Shown here: in pieces, positions 10,141 to 20,451 of the stretch
Numbering within the stretch: the first letter of the stretch is position 1
Layout: each line of letters opens with the position of its first letter
From: Halorussus marinus
Lineage (GTDB): Archaea > Halobacteriota > Halobacteria > Halobacteriales > Haladaptataceae
Reading direction: 5' to 3'
DNA: 64,000 bases
Assembly: GCF_004765795.1 (NCBI RefSeq)
Contig: NZ_SBIV01000007.1
Coordinates: forward strand, 1-64,000
The notes under the pieces: generated by a model
Databases searched by the model: none
Seen by the model: the letters and a program-made list of their open reading frames with translations, nothing else
Told to the model about the DNA's origin: nothing
Made by a program: the position numbers and the translations under genes

Positions 10141-11560
10141 AGTGATTGTGAGGCGGATACCCTGATCCTTGAGGGCAGGGAGGAAGCCGACACCCGATGA
10201 CACAAACTAAACACGGTGCCAAGGCCGACTCCCTCGGCATCTATAAATACCTTCAAGTATCTCTAAGCGTACTAATGAAGTATGGAGGTCGTCCGCAACA
10301 TCCAGCTCAAGCTCGACGTTCCCGAGGACGCTCACAGTGTCCTCGACGAGACGTTCGAGCAATTCCGTCAAGCGGCCCAACACGTCGCTGACGCTGGATG
10401 GAGTGACGACCCCACACAGATCAAGGACACGAAGAACACGCTCCACGAACAGACCTACACTACTGTTCGGGAGCAGACTGGTCTGCAAGCCAGCCTCGTC
10501 CAATCCGCCCGCAACCTCGCCGCCGACGCCCTCGGCAACTGCAAAGACCGTATCCTTGACGACGGCAAGAAAGCCAGCAAGCCCGAGTTCCGAGGAAGCG
10601 TGGTCGTGTACAACGGACGCACCATCACGTACAACGACGACCACGTTACCCTCGCCACCGTGGACGACCGCGTGACCGCCGAGTTTGTCACACCCGAAGA
10701 TGAGGAAGGGACGCCGTTTGCGGAGTATTGGACGGACGACTGGGAACGCAAGGAAGCCACGCTCCACAAACGTGACGGCACGTACTACCTCCACGTCGCA
10801 GTCGAGAAAGAAGTCGAACCCGCTGATTCTGGTGACCAGCAACCCGAGAACGGAGTGGTTCTCGGCGTCGATTTGAACGTGGACGGATACCTCGCCGTCA
10901 CCAGCACGGGAGCGTTCCTCGGTAATGCAGACTACCTCAACCACAAACGCGACGAGTATGAACGTCGGCGCGGCAACCTCCAACAGACAGGCACTCGCTC
11001 CGCGCACCTCACCATCAAGAGCATCGGCTCACGGTTTTCTCGGTGGAGTGCGGACTACCTCCACCGCGTCTCGAAAGCGATTGTGCAGGAGGCCGTGGAG
11101 AATGACTGCACGGCGATTGCGTTCGAGAATTTGAACCACATACGGAAGCGTATCTCGAACGCCAGCAAGTTCCAGCAGTGGGCGTTCCGCGAACTCGAAC
11201 GCCACGTCGAATACAAAGCCGAAGAGTACGGCATCGACGTAGACGATGTTGCCCCTGCCTACACGTCACAGCGGTGTAGTCACGACGAGTGCGGATTTAC
11301 CCACGAGGACAACCGTGATGGTGATGAGTTCGAGTGTCTGAAGTGTGGAAAGAAACTCCACGCCGATTATAACGCCGCTCGGAATATCGGGTGGCGGCTT
11401 GTCCAGCACTGGCTCAAGTCTGGTGCTGGACGGGCCACCAGTCAACTGGCCCTCAAGTCAGGGACGCTGAACGCGAATGGCACTTTCACGCCTTCCGCCC
11501 TGCGCGGATAGAGCGGGAGCCCACTGACAAGCCTCGGGGCTTGACCCCGAGGCAGTTGAC
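10141..11560 (+). mobile_element. IS1341-type element 3, inserted 3' of TTCAT with no target duplication
   Basis: Both junctions defined by in-frame restoration of SRAP. Left-end hairpin ccctgatccttgagggcaggg; right end cctcggggcttgaccccgagg-cagTTGAC. Confidence 0.9.
10282..11511 (+). CDS. tnpB: TnpB, RNA-guided endonuclease
   Basis: GVDLN, AFENL, YTSQRCS..CG, CLKCG, ADYNAARN. Confidence 0.93.
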   Translation: MEVVRNIQLKLDVPEDAHSVLDETFEQFRQAAQHVADAGWSDDPTQIKDTKNTLHEQTYTTVREQTGLQASLVQSARNLAADALGNCKDRILDDGKKASKPEFRGSVVVYNGRTITYNDDHVTLATVDDRVTAEFVTPEDEEGTPFAEYWTDDWERKEATLHKRDGTYYLHVAVEKEVEPADSGDQQPENGVVLGVDLNVDGYLAVTSTGAFLGNADYLNHKRDEYERRRGNLQQTGTRSAHLTIKSIGSRFSRWSADYLHRVSKAIVQEAVENDCTAIAFENLNHIRKRISNASKFQQWAFRELERHVEYKAEEYGIDVDDVAPAYTSQRCSHDECGFTHEDNRDGDEFECLKCGKKLHADYNAARNIGWRLVQHWLKSGAGRATSQLALKSGTLNANGTFTPSALRG

Positions 11561-12229
11561 CAGGTCGTTCGGCTCCGTTGTGATAATCGTGACGCACGAG
11601 ATCCTCTCGTCGTCGCCCTCCCAGACGTCCCAGAGCCCGGCCATCGCGAATGCGGGGTCGTCTTCGCGGTAGATCCGGTAGGGCTGTTTCGACCCGCCAT
11701 TCGATGATTGCCACTCGTAGAATCCCGACGAGAGGACCAGGCAGGGGCGGGATTCCCACGCCCGCTCGAAGACGCGTTTCTCGCCGGCAGTCTCGGAACG
11801 AGCGCTGATGATGCCCTCCTCGTGCTCATCCGCCCAGAACGGAATCAGCCCCCAGTGGTAGGCGTCGATCTCGTCGGAGCCCTCGTTCGTGATGATGTAG
11901 AGGTCCTCACCTGGCGCGATGTTGTATCGGGGTGTATACCCGCCGTCTGCGACGACCTCGGCGTCGAAACGGGCCTCGAGGTCGGCCTGATCGATGAAGA
12001 GCGAGTTTCGACCACACATACATCCTGATCCAACTGGGAGAGTCTTCAACGTATTTGAAAATGTGAAGGGCTGGTTCTGAGGCCCCTTCGTTTGATGGTA
12101 GATTTGGGATGATTGGCAAGTACAGAGGTTCTATACAACAGAGGAGGCTTCTATGGAAAACAGATAAACGGCACTTCTCTACTGACAACCTACAAAACTA
12201 TTTCACCATTACATCCGATTGGTGGAAGC

Positions 12230-12826
12230 ATGAAACGGGTGTTCTTCGACAAGATCGATTCTGTGGGTACATTCCCAGATAACAGAATCAAGATGGATAT
12301 CATCTTCCAGGATAGTAACGGGAATGAGTATGTCTGGACGCCGAAGTGGGAGGAGGTGATGAGTATATACGCTGAGTCAGAGAGAGTAGAGGAAATGAAT
12401 CTGGCAGGCGGAGAGTGGTTGGAGGAGTTGAAGGAAAAGAAGCAGTTCAGTGACGAGGTGCTGGATGAACTGGCAGAGGTTATCGCTGACGGACGTAGTA
12501 CGGATGAGATAGCTGATTTCTTCGAGATAGTTGGATTTGACGCGGATGAAATGGGGTACAATTTAAGCCATGATGATCCGTTGCGGAGTAAGGCTGAGGG
12601 CCATAGTAATCGCGTTTATATTGCTAAAGAGAAGTTGCAAGAGCTGAACAGCGAGGATTACCGATATGTTGTGCAGATTGTTCAGAAGGCCGCGGATCCT
12701 AAGCAGTATATCGGCGAGCAGGAGAAGCATCAAGAAGTGGTAGAGAAGTTGAATACGGCTTTAGAGTTTGAAAATCTCCGTGTTACGGAGGATGGGCGGG
12801 TTCTTCCGATAGAAAAGGACGGTTGA
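12230..12826 (+). CDS. Hypothetical protein (AT-rich, accessory)
   Basis: Acidic ORF; start refined to MKRVFFD. Confidence 0.6.
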   Translation: MKRVFFDKIDSVGTFPDNRIKMDIIFQDSNGNEYVWTPKWEEVMSIYAESERVEEMNLAGGEWLEELKEKKQFSDEVLDELAEVIADGRSTDEIADFFEIVGFDADEMGYNLSHDDPLRSKAEGHSNRVYIAKEKLQELNSEDYRYVVQIVQKAADPKQYIGEQEKHQEVVEKLNTALEFENLRVTEDGRVLPIEKDG

Positions 12827-12929
12827 ATCCTTCCCCTTCGTGTGTGTAAGACTCGCAAGCTTACGTACCGGCTATTGGTATGTGGCCAAGAGGATTTTTA
12901 CAGAGCCGAAAAGCCTCTGAATCGTGCGA

Positions 12930-13520
12930 TTAGAGCTCGGTCGGTGGCAGAAGATCACAGAGAACAGGTGCTTGGTCAAGAAGTGCGTCGAAGAGCCGTT
13001 CAGTCGGTCGATATAGCGCGTGGTGTTCATCAACAGAGTATGGGGTTTTCTCATCATCTGTGTGTGAGAGAAATCCGCACTCGAGAAGCGGAGCAAGGGT
13101 AGTATCCAGCGCAGTTCCGGAACGGCCAGATTCAACTTCGAGAGTGTGTCGAGAGAACTCAGAAAGGAACCGTGTACAGCAACTCAGGACGTGAGCACGT
13201 CGATCAGCGAATAATTCGTTGAGCGCAGTACGATGGGTGCGTGTCCAATACTCGTCGAGTTTGACGTATGTGCGAACAATAGGGGATAGCTCGTTCAAAG
13301 AACCAGTAGCATGGACGATTCCAAGGTCGTTGAGCGCATGTTGGTCTTTGGTGTCCAGAGACTCGCCGAGAGGATGGAGAACAGTTTGAAGCGCATCGTG
13401 GTACCGTGAAGTGAGGAATTCACCGGCAACAACGTGGGCGTTCGCGATATTTCGAGTTGGATGCATTGACTCGTGGTGATCGGGGTTTCGGTGGTCGACG
13501 TGGGTTTGTGGGTAGCTCAT
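12930..13520 (-). CDS. Hypothetical protein, possible C-terminal wHTH
   Basis: 196-aa ORF with GAGGTG SD-like sequence upstream. Confidence 0.5.
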   Translation of the reverse strand: MSYPQTHVDHRNPDHHESMHPTRNIANAHVVAGEFLTSRYHDALQTVLHPLGESLDTKDQHALNDLGIVHATGSLNELSPIVRTYVKLDEYWTRTHRTALNELFADRRAHVLSCCTRFLSEFSRHTLEVESGRSGTALDTTLAPLLECGFLSHTDDEKTPYSVDEHHALYRPTERLFDALLDQAPVLCDLLPPTEL

Positions 13521-13594
13521 AGAGCACCTCTTCCAACGTGGCGTCGAGCATTAACATACCGAGCAGTCAGGCCCGAGACTATAGCTGTGAAGGA

Positions 13595-13636
13595 TTAACC
13601 AACAAACCGCCGTCGATACGCACCAGTGTTGGTTAA
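13595..13636. repeat. TTAACCAACA-N22-TGTTGGTTAA inverted repeat
   Basis: Direct reading. Confidence 0.9.
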
Positions 13637-13743
13637 CACGGAGAACGCTGGATTCAGGAACTATTCTCGGAAACGGGATCCAAACAGAGATTACTCGGGA
13701 CTGTACCGGGATTGGAGGGGATCAAGTCGAGTTCCCTGAAACG

Positions 13744-13767
13744 CGGAAGCGACACGCCGCGGCTTAT
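13744..13767 (+). promoter_or_regulatory. Conserved 24-nt upstream element cggaagcgacacgccgcggcttat (identical copy at 23041..23064)
   Basis: Identical sequence ending 25-27 nt upstream of the starts of the iRadA-like gene and polB2; its 3' end sits at the TATA position for leaderless transcripts. Confidence 0.75.
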
Positions 13768-13792
13768 CGGGAACGTAGACAACTAGTCGAGT

Positions 13793-14734
13793 ATGGGAGA
13801 ACACTCAACATCGAACCGATTGGCGGTGGACCAGCCGACACGGGGCGCTGACCGCAATCGGTCCCTCGCTGACCAGGCCGATCCGGCTACGGACGAGATG
13901 TTGTTGCCGCAGCTCGACGACGGCATCACGCTGCTCGACGTCGAGGGGGACCGCGGCGTCCCGATCCTGCAGTCGCTCGTGCTCGACCATCTCCTCCTGC
14001 ACGACGGGCCCGCCTTCTGGGTCGACGCAAATGGACACGCGACGACGACGACACTCTCCCAGATCGCGCCCAGTCAACGGTTGCTCAACCGAATCCACGT
14101 GGCACGCGGTTTTACCGCCTACCAGCACTACGGCGCCGTCTGTGATCTCCCGACGGCAGTGAACAAGTCGATCCAGATGTCCACCACCGACGCCGGGGCA
14201 GCCGGTCGAGGGGGACCGAGTCGTGACGAGGACACGTCGCCCCACACACCCGCCCTCATCGTCGCGCCGGCCGTCGACGCCCAGTACCGCGCCGACGATA
14301 CCCTCGGCGAGACCCACGCGAAAACCCTCCAGGCCCGAACTCTCGCCCGGTTGGCGACCTACGCCGATGGGTACGACATCCCGGTGCTCGTTACGCGAAA
14401 CGAACGAAACGAATTCACCGAATCAATCGCGACGGTCGCCGACCACCACCTGGAGTGTGAGCAAACCCGGATGGGGCCACGGGTCGTCGGCGAGGACTTC
14501 GAGACGCTCGTCTATCCCGTCGACGACGGCGCGTACTACCAGACGACGTTCGCGTACTGGCGGCAGCTGCTCGCGGCACGCGCCACGCAGGTCGGTACAG
14601 AACCGACGACGCCGGCGCCATCGACGCCGACTCCGGAGGGTGTCGGAACGGGCGTCACCGCTGACGGTGAGACGGTGGCGGCCACCGCGGATCCCCTGCT
14701 CGATGCGTGGACGGCAACCGGCGGAGGGCGATAG
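13793..14734 (+). CDS. Inactivated RecA/RadA-like P-loop protein (PolB2-associated iRadA type)
   Basis: Degenerate Walker A, WVDANG, IHVARGFTAYQH and PVLVT motifs; context with the small helical partner and polB2. Confidence 0.7.
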   Translation: MGEHSTSNRLAVDQPTRGADRNRSLADQADPATDEMLLPQLDDGITLLDVEGDRGVPILQSLVLDHLLLHDGPAFWVDANGHATTTTLSQIAPSQRLLNRIHVARGFTAYQHYGAVCDLPTAVNKSIQMSTTDAGAAGRGGPSRDEDTSPHTPALIVAPAVDAQYRADDTLGETHAKTLQARTLARLATYADGYDIPVLVTRNERNEFTESIATVADHHLECEQTRMGPRVVGEDFETLVYPVDDGAYYQTTFAYWRQLLAARATQVGTEPTTPAPSTPTPEGVGTGVTADGETVAATADPLLDAWTATGGGR

Positions 14735-14736
14735 CG

Positions 14737-15057
14737 ATGGGACGCACGAACCCGACGTACCGAGATGCGTTGCGGGCCATCGAAGAGCGCTGGGCGGAGT
14801 TCCGCCGGGCACTGCGGCGTCGCGACCAGCCGCGATTCGACCGGCTGTTCGAGTATGCCCGTGAACACGCCGACGCGAGCGGGCTGTTGAACCATCAAAA
14901 TCCGCTGCTGCCGGCGCTGCTCAGCATCGATCTCGAACAGGAGGCCAAACTGGATGACCACGAGGAACGGCTCGAAGAGGTTGAGCAACGGCTTTCGGAA
15001 ACTGTCGGCGAACAGCAGCAATCGTCTACCGAAGGTAACACTGGAGGTGTAGAATGA
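14737..15057 (+). CDS. Small PolB2-associated helical protein (arCOG07300-like; MGRTNPTYR...FRRALR)
   Basis: Characteristic GRT.PT.R / FRRALR motif; operonic with the iRadA-like gene. Confidence 0.75.
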   Translation: MGRTNPTYRDALRAIEERWAEFRRALRRRDQPRFDRLFEYAREHADASGLLNHQNPLLPALLSIDLEQEAKLDDHEERLEEVEQRLSETVGEQQQSSTEGNTGGVE

Positions 15058-15698
15058 CGGAGTTGACGACGATTGCCTTCGATATCGAAACGACGGGATT
15101 TCAGGCCGGTGATGAACTCACAGTAGTTGGGTTCGATTCAGCGGTCTCGTCGCGGGTATTTCTCCATACCGGGACGACACCAGAAGCAGGCCTCGCAGAT
15201 CGGCTCAGCGATGCCCTCCAGACACCGGTACAGCTCTCACTCCATGACAACGAACAGGAACTCCTGAACGAACTAGCGACGTTCGTCACGTCGACACTCA
15301 CCCAACGAGATGCAAAGCTCGTCGCATACAACGGTGAGCGGTGGAACGGAGGATTCGACCTCCCGTTCCTTCGCACACGGCTCTGTACGCACGGGCTCGA
15401 GTGGCCGTTTGGCACGTTGCCATACGTCGACGTGATGGATGTCTTCGAGACACGCTTCAATACGAGTGAAGACACACTGAGTGGCGTCTACGAGGAACTG
15501 ATCGGCGCCGGATTGAACGACCTGGATCCATTCACCGACAGTAGCGAGGCAGTCACCGCATGGGAGGAGGGAGCCTACGAGCCACTCATCATCCACAATG
15601 TCGCGGATATCCGACGGACTCGAGCGTTGATGGAGCTTGCAGAACGGTATTGTTCAAAGTCAGATTTCTCTATGAAGTCGCTGGAACCTATCGCCTGA
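15054..15698 (+). CDS. RNase H-fold 3'-5' exonuclease (DnaQ/PolB-exo-like, YprB-like)
   Basis: ExoI FDIETTG, ExoII YNG..W..GFDLPFL, ExoIII HNVADI. Confidence 0.8.
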   Translation: MTELTTIAFDIETTGFQAGDELTVVGFDSAVSSRVFLHTGTTPEAGLADRLSDALQTPVQLSLHDNEQELLNELATFVTSTLTQRDAKLVAYNGERWNGGFDLPFLRTRLCTHGLEWPFGTLPYVDVMDVFETRFNTSEDTLSGVYEELIGAGLNDLDPFTDSSEAVTAWEEGAYEPLIIHNVADIRRTRALMELAERYCSKSDFSMKSLEPIA

Positions 15699-15748
15699 AG
15701 AACTCGCTTCTCAGTGGGGGTTCGTAAAGGAAAGCACCCGGATGGTTC

Positions 15749-16231
15749 CTACGGTGGGTTACGACCTGCGTTGAGTGGTTCATACGAGTCCGTGTGGTAG
15801 GCGACCCGCCAGAGTTTAAGGACCGCGCGGGTGACCAATTCTTCAGGAGATTGTGAAATACAGGACGCTTCGACCTCGTCTGGATCAGAACTCGCGTTCG
15901 GCGGTGGATGATAGTGTTCTAATCCGGGGACGTGGATATAGTCTCCTGCGTGTGGGTGCTTCCCCCAGCGCAGATTCACCCCTTCCGTGTCCGTGTAATG
16001 GAACTTGTAATCATCTCGTGTCGTCCACTGGATATCGATCCGGGCGTTCTCGGCCTCACACAGTCCATCGTCAAGCATGACTTCGAGGACTGATGGATGG
16101 AGGTAGTCGTCGAGTTCAGGTGTTGCGAGCGGTTCCATCTCCTCGACGACATCACGAATCGTCAGTAGCACCGGCCGATCCGCAGCTCCCCGGAGAGTAT
16201 GGGTTTCTGCTTGGTCAAGCGAATCCCGCAT
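15749..16231 (-). CDS. Hypothetical protein, putative toxin partner of the upstream HTH protein
   Basis: FHY...RWGKHPH...HYHPP motif; lies 3 nt downstream of the HTH gene. Confidence 0.65.
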   Translation of the reverse strand: MRDSLDQAETHTLRGAADRPVLLTIRDVVEEMEPLATPELDDYLHPSVLEVMLDDGLCEAENARIDIQWTTRDDYKFHYTDTEGVNLRWGKHPHAGDYIHVPGLEHYHPPPNASSDPDEVEASCISQSPEELVTRAVLKLWRVAYHTDSYEPLNAGRNPP

Positions 16232-16234
16232 TGC

Positions 16235-16822
16235 TCAGGCAGGGACGCTGTCGTCAGTCGAGCGACGGTCACTATCGACGAACTGCTCGGCGTTGCCGAT
16301 CGAGAGGGCAGCGTTCGCGAACGCGAGATCCCGTCGGAGCGTCTTCCACTCACGAATCGTCTCTGGGTCGATCTCGTCCTGTGACCCGGTCTCGCTGAGG
16401 GCCTGGTTCGTCTGGTTGACCGCCAATTCTTCGGGGGAATCAACACCGAATTCGGACCGATATTCGGTGAGCTGCTCGCGCATCTCCTGAATTCGGGTGA
16501 CGAGTTCATCGGTCGAGACGTGCTCAAGGATGTCGGCAGCCTGTTCGACGACGAGTGATTCAGGTGAGCGCCGATAGAGCGTGCCACCCTGTTCGCCGGG
16601 TGTCGTCTCGACAAACCCCTCGTCTGCGAGTGTGTTCAGGTGCTTTCGAGCGGTCTTTGGAGCCGTCCGTGCATCGTCAGCTACGGCATCAGCTGAGACG
16701 GGGCTGTACGTATGCGCAACGACGTGTCGAATGCGCTCATAGGGTGTTGTTTCTGCTTCCCATTCCTCACCAACCGCTTCGTTGACGTCTGTAAACTCAT
16801 CTGGTGGGTTTCGGTCGTTCAT
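16235..16822 (-). CDS. wHTH (ArsR-like) protein, putative antitoxin
   Basis: VADDARTAPKTARKHLNTLADEGFV helix-turn-helix. Confidence 0.75.
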   Translation of the reverse strand: MNDRNPPDEFTDVNEAVGEEWEAETTPYERIRHVVAHTYSPVSADAVADDARTAPKTARKHLNTLADEGFVETTPGEQGGTLYRRSPESLVVEQAADILEHVSTDELVTRIQEMREQLTEYRSEFGVDSPEELAVNQTNQALSETGSQDEIDPETIREWKTLRRDLAFANAALSIGNAEQFVDSDRRSTDDSVPA

Positions 16823-16951
16823 ATAGAAACACACGGATCAGAAGAACATAGTTCTTTGGTGAAATACTATATTCCACTCATGGAGAGTGCACCGGCTGGA
16901 TCCAACCAGGTGAGTTCTGGAAAGCGAACGACGGAGGCGTGAGCGAGTAGG

Positions 16952-17249
16952 ATGGGGCAGTATACTATCGACTTCTGGACGATGGTCGCGTCCTGAGGTG
17001 GGAGGCAACCGCCGACGGCGGCGTCGCGACCAGCCACGCTTTGACCGACTGTTCGAGTACGCCCGCGCGCATACCGACGCGAGCGGGCTGTTGAACCACC
17101 AGAACCCGCTGCTACCGGCACTGCTCAGCATCGATCTCGAACAGGAGGCTCGCCTCGACGACCACGAGGAACTTGAGACCACAATCAAAAGCGAGGGAGG
17201 AAGTACCGAGAGACAGCCTGGTCACGACCCCAATGACCGGGAGGTTTGA
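16952..17249 (+). pseudogene. Deletion chimera: polB2 5' fragment fused to an arCOG07300-like 3' fragment
   Basis: YTIDF..DDGRVL.WEATADG (matches the 23092 N-terminus, frameshifted) joined to RRRDQPRFDRLFEYAR (matches the 14737 gene). Confidence 0.8.
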
Positions 17250-17276
17250 TTACGGGAGTATACAAATAGGACGAAT

Positions 17277-17690
17277 ATGGCAAACAAAGAGCAAGAAGAA
17301 AATCCCTTAGCGGATCTGTATGTCGATGCCAGTGAGGAGGATCGGGAACGAATACGGGACGCAATCTCCGGCTTGATTGGAATTGACACCGAAACCGCAA
17401 AGCCAGTCCTGCGCGAGAAGTTCAGTTCCTTAACATCGAAGAAACAGTTTACAGCGCTTCTACTGTATCGTCGGGCCTTACTAAGCCTCGATGAGCTTGA
17501 AGAAGATGAGACAGTTGGTCAAGACTCAACCTATTTTGCGGACCTGATTGGTGTTGACGACAGTACCATCCGACACGCAGCGACCGATCTGGATTTTGTC
17601 GTTAATGACGACGAACAAGGAGGATATCTCGTTCCACCTCATAAAACCCACCAGGCTACGAAATGGCTTAATTCAGGCGAGGAAGATTGA
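17277..17690 (+). CDS. Small wHTH-like protein (paralog of 21438 and 22223)
   Basis: Shared L.DL.VD / F..LT.KK....LL / GY.VP.H pattern. Confidence 0.75.
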   Translation: MANKEQEENPLADLYVDASEEDRERIRDAISGLIGIDTETAKPVLREKFSSLTSKKQFTALLLYRRALLSLDELEEDETVGQDSTYFADLIGVDDSTIRHAATDLDFVVNDDEQGGYLVPPHKTHQATKWLNSGEED

Positions 17691-18631
17691 TGAGTTACGC
17701 GACACCCAGGAAGGACGCCTCCGTAGAAAATCTACTCTCTCTGTGTGAAATCCTTCGAGAGGGCCCCCTCCCTCGCGAGGAGATATATGAGGAAGCAGAC
17801 ATTGGACGAAGTTTAGTCAGCGATACAATAGAATACGGAACGCGACTGGGATTCCTATCAGACTCGGAAGGGGAGATTAAAGCCACTGAACGAGGGATTG
17901 GTGCAAGCTACTACAATGAGGGGGACAGCGATCTTGAAGAACACATCATAGAGGGGCTAAGCGAGTATGATCTCTATAGGAGTGTACTCGAAACTCTGGC
18001 TCCAGAAGCACAAGACAGCGGGGTAATTACAAAGAAAGACGTCCTTCGGACCTTCCGGACCGAGATGGGACTGAGTGGGAGTGAAAGCACGTTAGGAGAT
18101 GCTGCAATAACGTTCCTGCAAACACTCGATGCTGGTGGGTGTGGAGACTATATCGTCGGTCGTCGCGGGAAAGAATCTCGGGTAGAAGTTACGGAAGAAT
18201 TCGAAAATATTGTAGAGAGGATAACAAACGTAGATACTGGAACAGGACAGGGCGACCGAAACGCTTCTCCTGAATCTAGTGCTAATCTCAAAGCTGGACC
18301 AGACACTTCCGAGGGGGATATCCCATCCCAACGAGGTCCGGGGCAGGACGAGATAGGACAACAAAAGCCACTGAATCAAACTCAATCAGACTCGTTCACT
18401 GTCAGCCTGGAATTGAGCGGTGATGAAGAACCCGAGAATGTTGAGCAACTTATTCTCGCAATACGTCGCGGGCTCGAGAAGGATCTCAGCAACGAGTTAA
18501 CGAACACGGGAGGTGAAGAAGCTGATTCTGCAGACAATCAAGAGTCCGAGGAGGATCCAGACTCTACCGACCAATCACTAGATTCTTTCATGAGTCAGGA
18601 TACGGCGAATGAGGAAAACGGAGGTGAGTAG
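17690..18631 (+). CDS. Tandem wHTH protein with acidic low-complexity tail
   Basis: wHTH-like LGFL...TERG segment; translationally coupled to the upstream gene. Confidence 0.75.
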   Translation: MSYATPRKDASVENLLSLCEILREGPLPREEIYEEADIGRSLVSDTIEYGTRLGFLSDSEGEIKATERGIGASYYNEGDSDLEEHIIEGLSEYDLYRSVLETLAPEAQDSGVITKKDVLRTFRTEMGLSGSESTLGDAAITFLQTLDAGGCGDYIVGRRGKESRVEVTEEFENIVERITNVDTGTGQGDRNASPESSANLKAGPDTSEGDIPSQRGPGQDEIGQQKPLNQTQSDSFTVSLELSGDEEPENVEQLILAIRRGLEKDLSNELTNTGGEEADSADNQESEEDPDSTDQSLDSFMSQDTANEENGGE

Positions 18632-18708
18632 CAGGGATAGGTCCAAAAGATGACAGAAATCGTATAGTTTTTACGTTAACAGCCCGTGGCTTCTCCTAAG
18701 AGTGGCCT

Positions 18709-20451
18709 ATGTCTAATCAGGCCGATTCCGGGAGTGAAGCTTCAGAAGCGAGCTCCCAAGATGCAATCCAGATCAACGAATCGGGAGACGCTCTTCCCGT
18801 CGTCGAAGTTCTTACTGGACGAGGAGTGATTTTAGGGAAATCAGGTAGTGGGAAGAGTAACACGGCAAGTGTCGTGGTAGAGGAATTGCTCGAAGACGGC
18901 TATCCAGTACTGATCGTCGATGTCGATGGGGAGTACTTCGGGCTCAAAGAGGAATACGAACTTCTACATCTGGGAGCGGACGAAGAGTGTGACCTACAGG
19001 TCGGGGCAGAACATGCAGAAAAGATCGCGGAACTCACCCTTGAGGAAAACATTCCCGTCATTCTCGATGTGTCCGGGTATCTCCATGAAGAAGACCAGAA
19101 AGAACTGATCAAAAAAGTTGGACGGCATCTCTTCGCGAAAGAAAAGAAGCTGAAAAAGCCGTTCTTGTTCCTTATTGAAGAGATTCATGAGTATATCCCA
19201 GAGTCGGGCCTCGATGATGCTGGGCAGATGCTCATCAAGATCGCGAAACGCGGGCGCAAACACGGTCTCGGCCTCTGTGGCATCTCGCAACGCCCCGCAG
19301 ATGTCAAGAAAGATTTCATCACGCAGTGCGACTGGCACGTTTGGCATCGCCTGACCTGGGAGAATGACACAAAGGTCGTACGAAGGGTCTTGGGATCGGA
19401 ATATGCGGAGATGGTCAAAGATCTCGATGATGGGGAAGCGATTCTCCATACAGACTGGAATGACCAAATCAGGCGAGTACAGTTCCGTCGAAAATACACC
19501 TTTGACGCAGGGGCGACGCCGGGGCTGGAAGAGATTGAGCGACCGGATTTGAAGTCTGTTAGCAACGATATCCTCTCTGAGCTGGAAACGATATCTGAAA
19601 GAAAACAGGCCGAACAGAGTGAAATAGAACGCCTCCGATCTGAGTTGGAAGCACGTGAGAAGCGCATTAGTGAACTTCAAGAAGAATTAGAGAGGTCTCG
19701 TGATGTTAGTGACCTCGCAGAGCGGTTTACTGAAGCTCTCGTTGAGGCTGATGGGCAAGGAGCAACGTCGGAGACAATCGAGGACACTGTTGAAGAGATC
19801 CGGGAGGAGAAAAACGAGCAGATACGTTCGCTACAGGAAGAGAATCAGGAACTCCGTCAGGAGAACCAAGAGTTGCGTAACCGAGTTCAGGAGCTGGAGC
19901 AGACAGCCGATCACGTCGAGAGTGTCGAGGCTCTCAACGAGAATATCGAAGAAGTATCAGAGGCGTATCTTCGATTAGGAGAGGCACTCGGTCTGGACCC
20001 GCAAGAGAACGAGATAGAACAGCTCCGGGAGCGCGTAGAGACGCTTCAAAAAGAACTGTCAGCACAATCGAACACTCCAACCGAGCAGCCCAGCGAAACG
20101 GCCGATGGGAGTGTTCATACCTATCAGGAATTCCTGAGTGACGAAGCCATCCAAGACAAGATTACGTCTGCGAAGGATGAAGCGACATCACCTCGGTACG
20201 TTGAAGGAGTCATCACAGCGATAATGGCGCATAATGAGCCGGTTACCTACGAACAAATCGCCGATGAGCTCAATATTAGTTCGACAGGCCATGTGGCCTC
20301 TGCAGTTAATGCTCTTCACAGTCGGGATGTCGTAACGAAATCAAAGAATGGTCGAGTCACGGAAGTCGACCTGAATATTGACGATCTGGGAGAGATTCGC
20401 GCCGCTGCTGCACGGCGAGCTGCCTCAGAAGAACTCATGAGCAGTATCTAA
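18709..20451 (+). CDS. HerA/FtsK-like (DUF87) ATPase with coiled coil and C-terminal wHTH
   Basis: Walker A GKSGSGKS, IVDVDGEY, IEEIHE, RGRKHG, SQRPA; long heptad region; YEQIADELNI HTH. Confidence 0.88.
   Translation: MSNQADSGSEASEASSQDAIQINESGDALPVVEVLTGRGVILGKSGSGKSNTASVVVEELLEDGYPVLIVDVDGEYFGLKEEYELLHLGADEECDLQVGAEHAEKIAELTLEENIPVILDVSGYLHEEDQKELIKKVGRHLFAKEKKLKKPFLFLIEEIHEYIPESGLDDAGQMLIKIAKRGRKHGLGLCGISQRPADVKKDFITQCDWHVWHRLTWENDTKVVRRVLGSEYAEMVKDLDDGEAILHTDWNDQIRRVQFRRKYTFDAGATPGLEEIERPDLKSVSNDILSELETISERKQAEQSEIERLRSELEAREKRISELQEELERSRDVSDLAERFTEALVEADGQGATSETIEDTVEEIREEKNEQIRSLQEENQELRQENQELRNRVQELEQTADHVESVEALNENIEEVSEAYLRLGEALGLDPQENEIEQLRERVETLQKELSAQSNTPTEQPSETADGSVHTYQEFLSDEAIQDKITSAKDEATSPRYVEGVITAIMAHNEPVTYEQIADELNISSTGHVASAVNALHSRDVVTKSKNGRVTEVDLNIDDLGEIRAAAARRAASEELMSSI

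Larger units (their letters stand above)
9913..12019 (-). pseudogene. SRAP / DUF159 (YedK/HMCES family) abasic-site protein split by an IS1341 insertion
   Basis: N-terminal MCGR, PRYNIAP, GFYEW, IHDRMPVVL. Removing 10141..11560 rejoins TEPNDL|MNSIHDR in frame. Confidence 0.9.
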
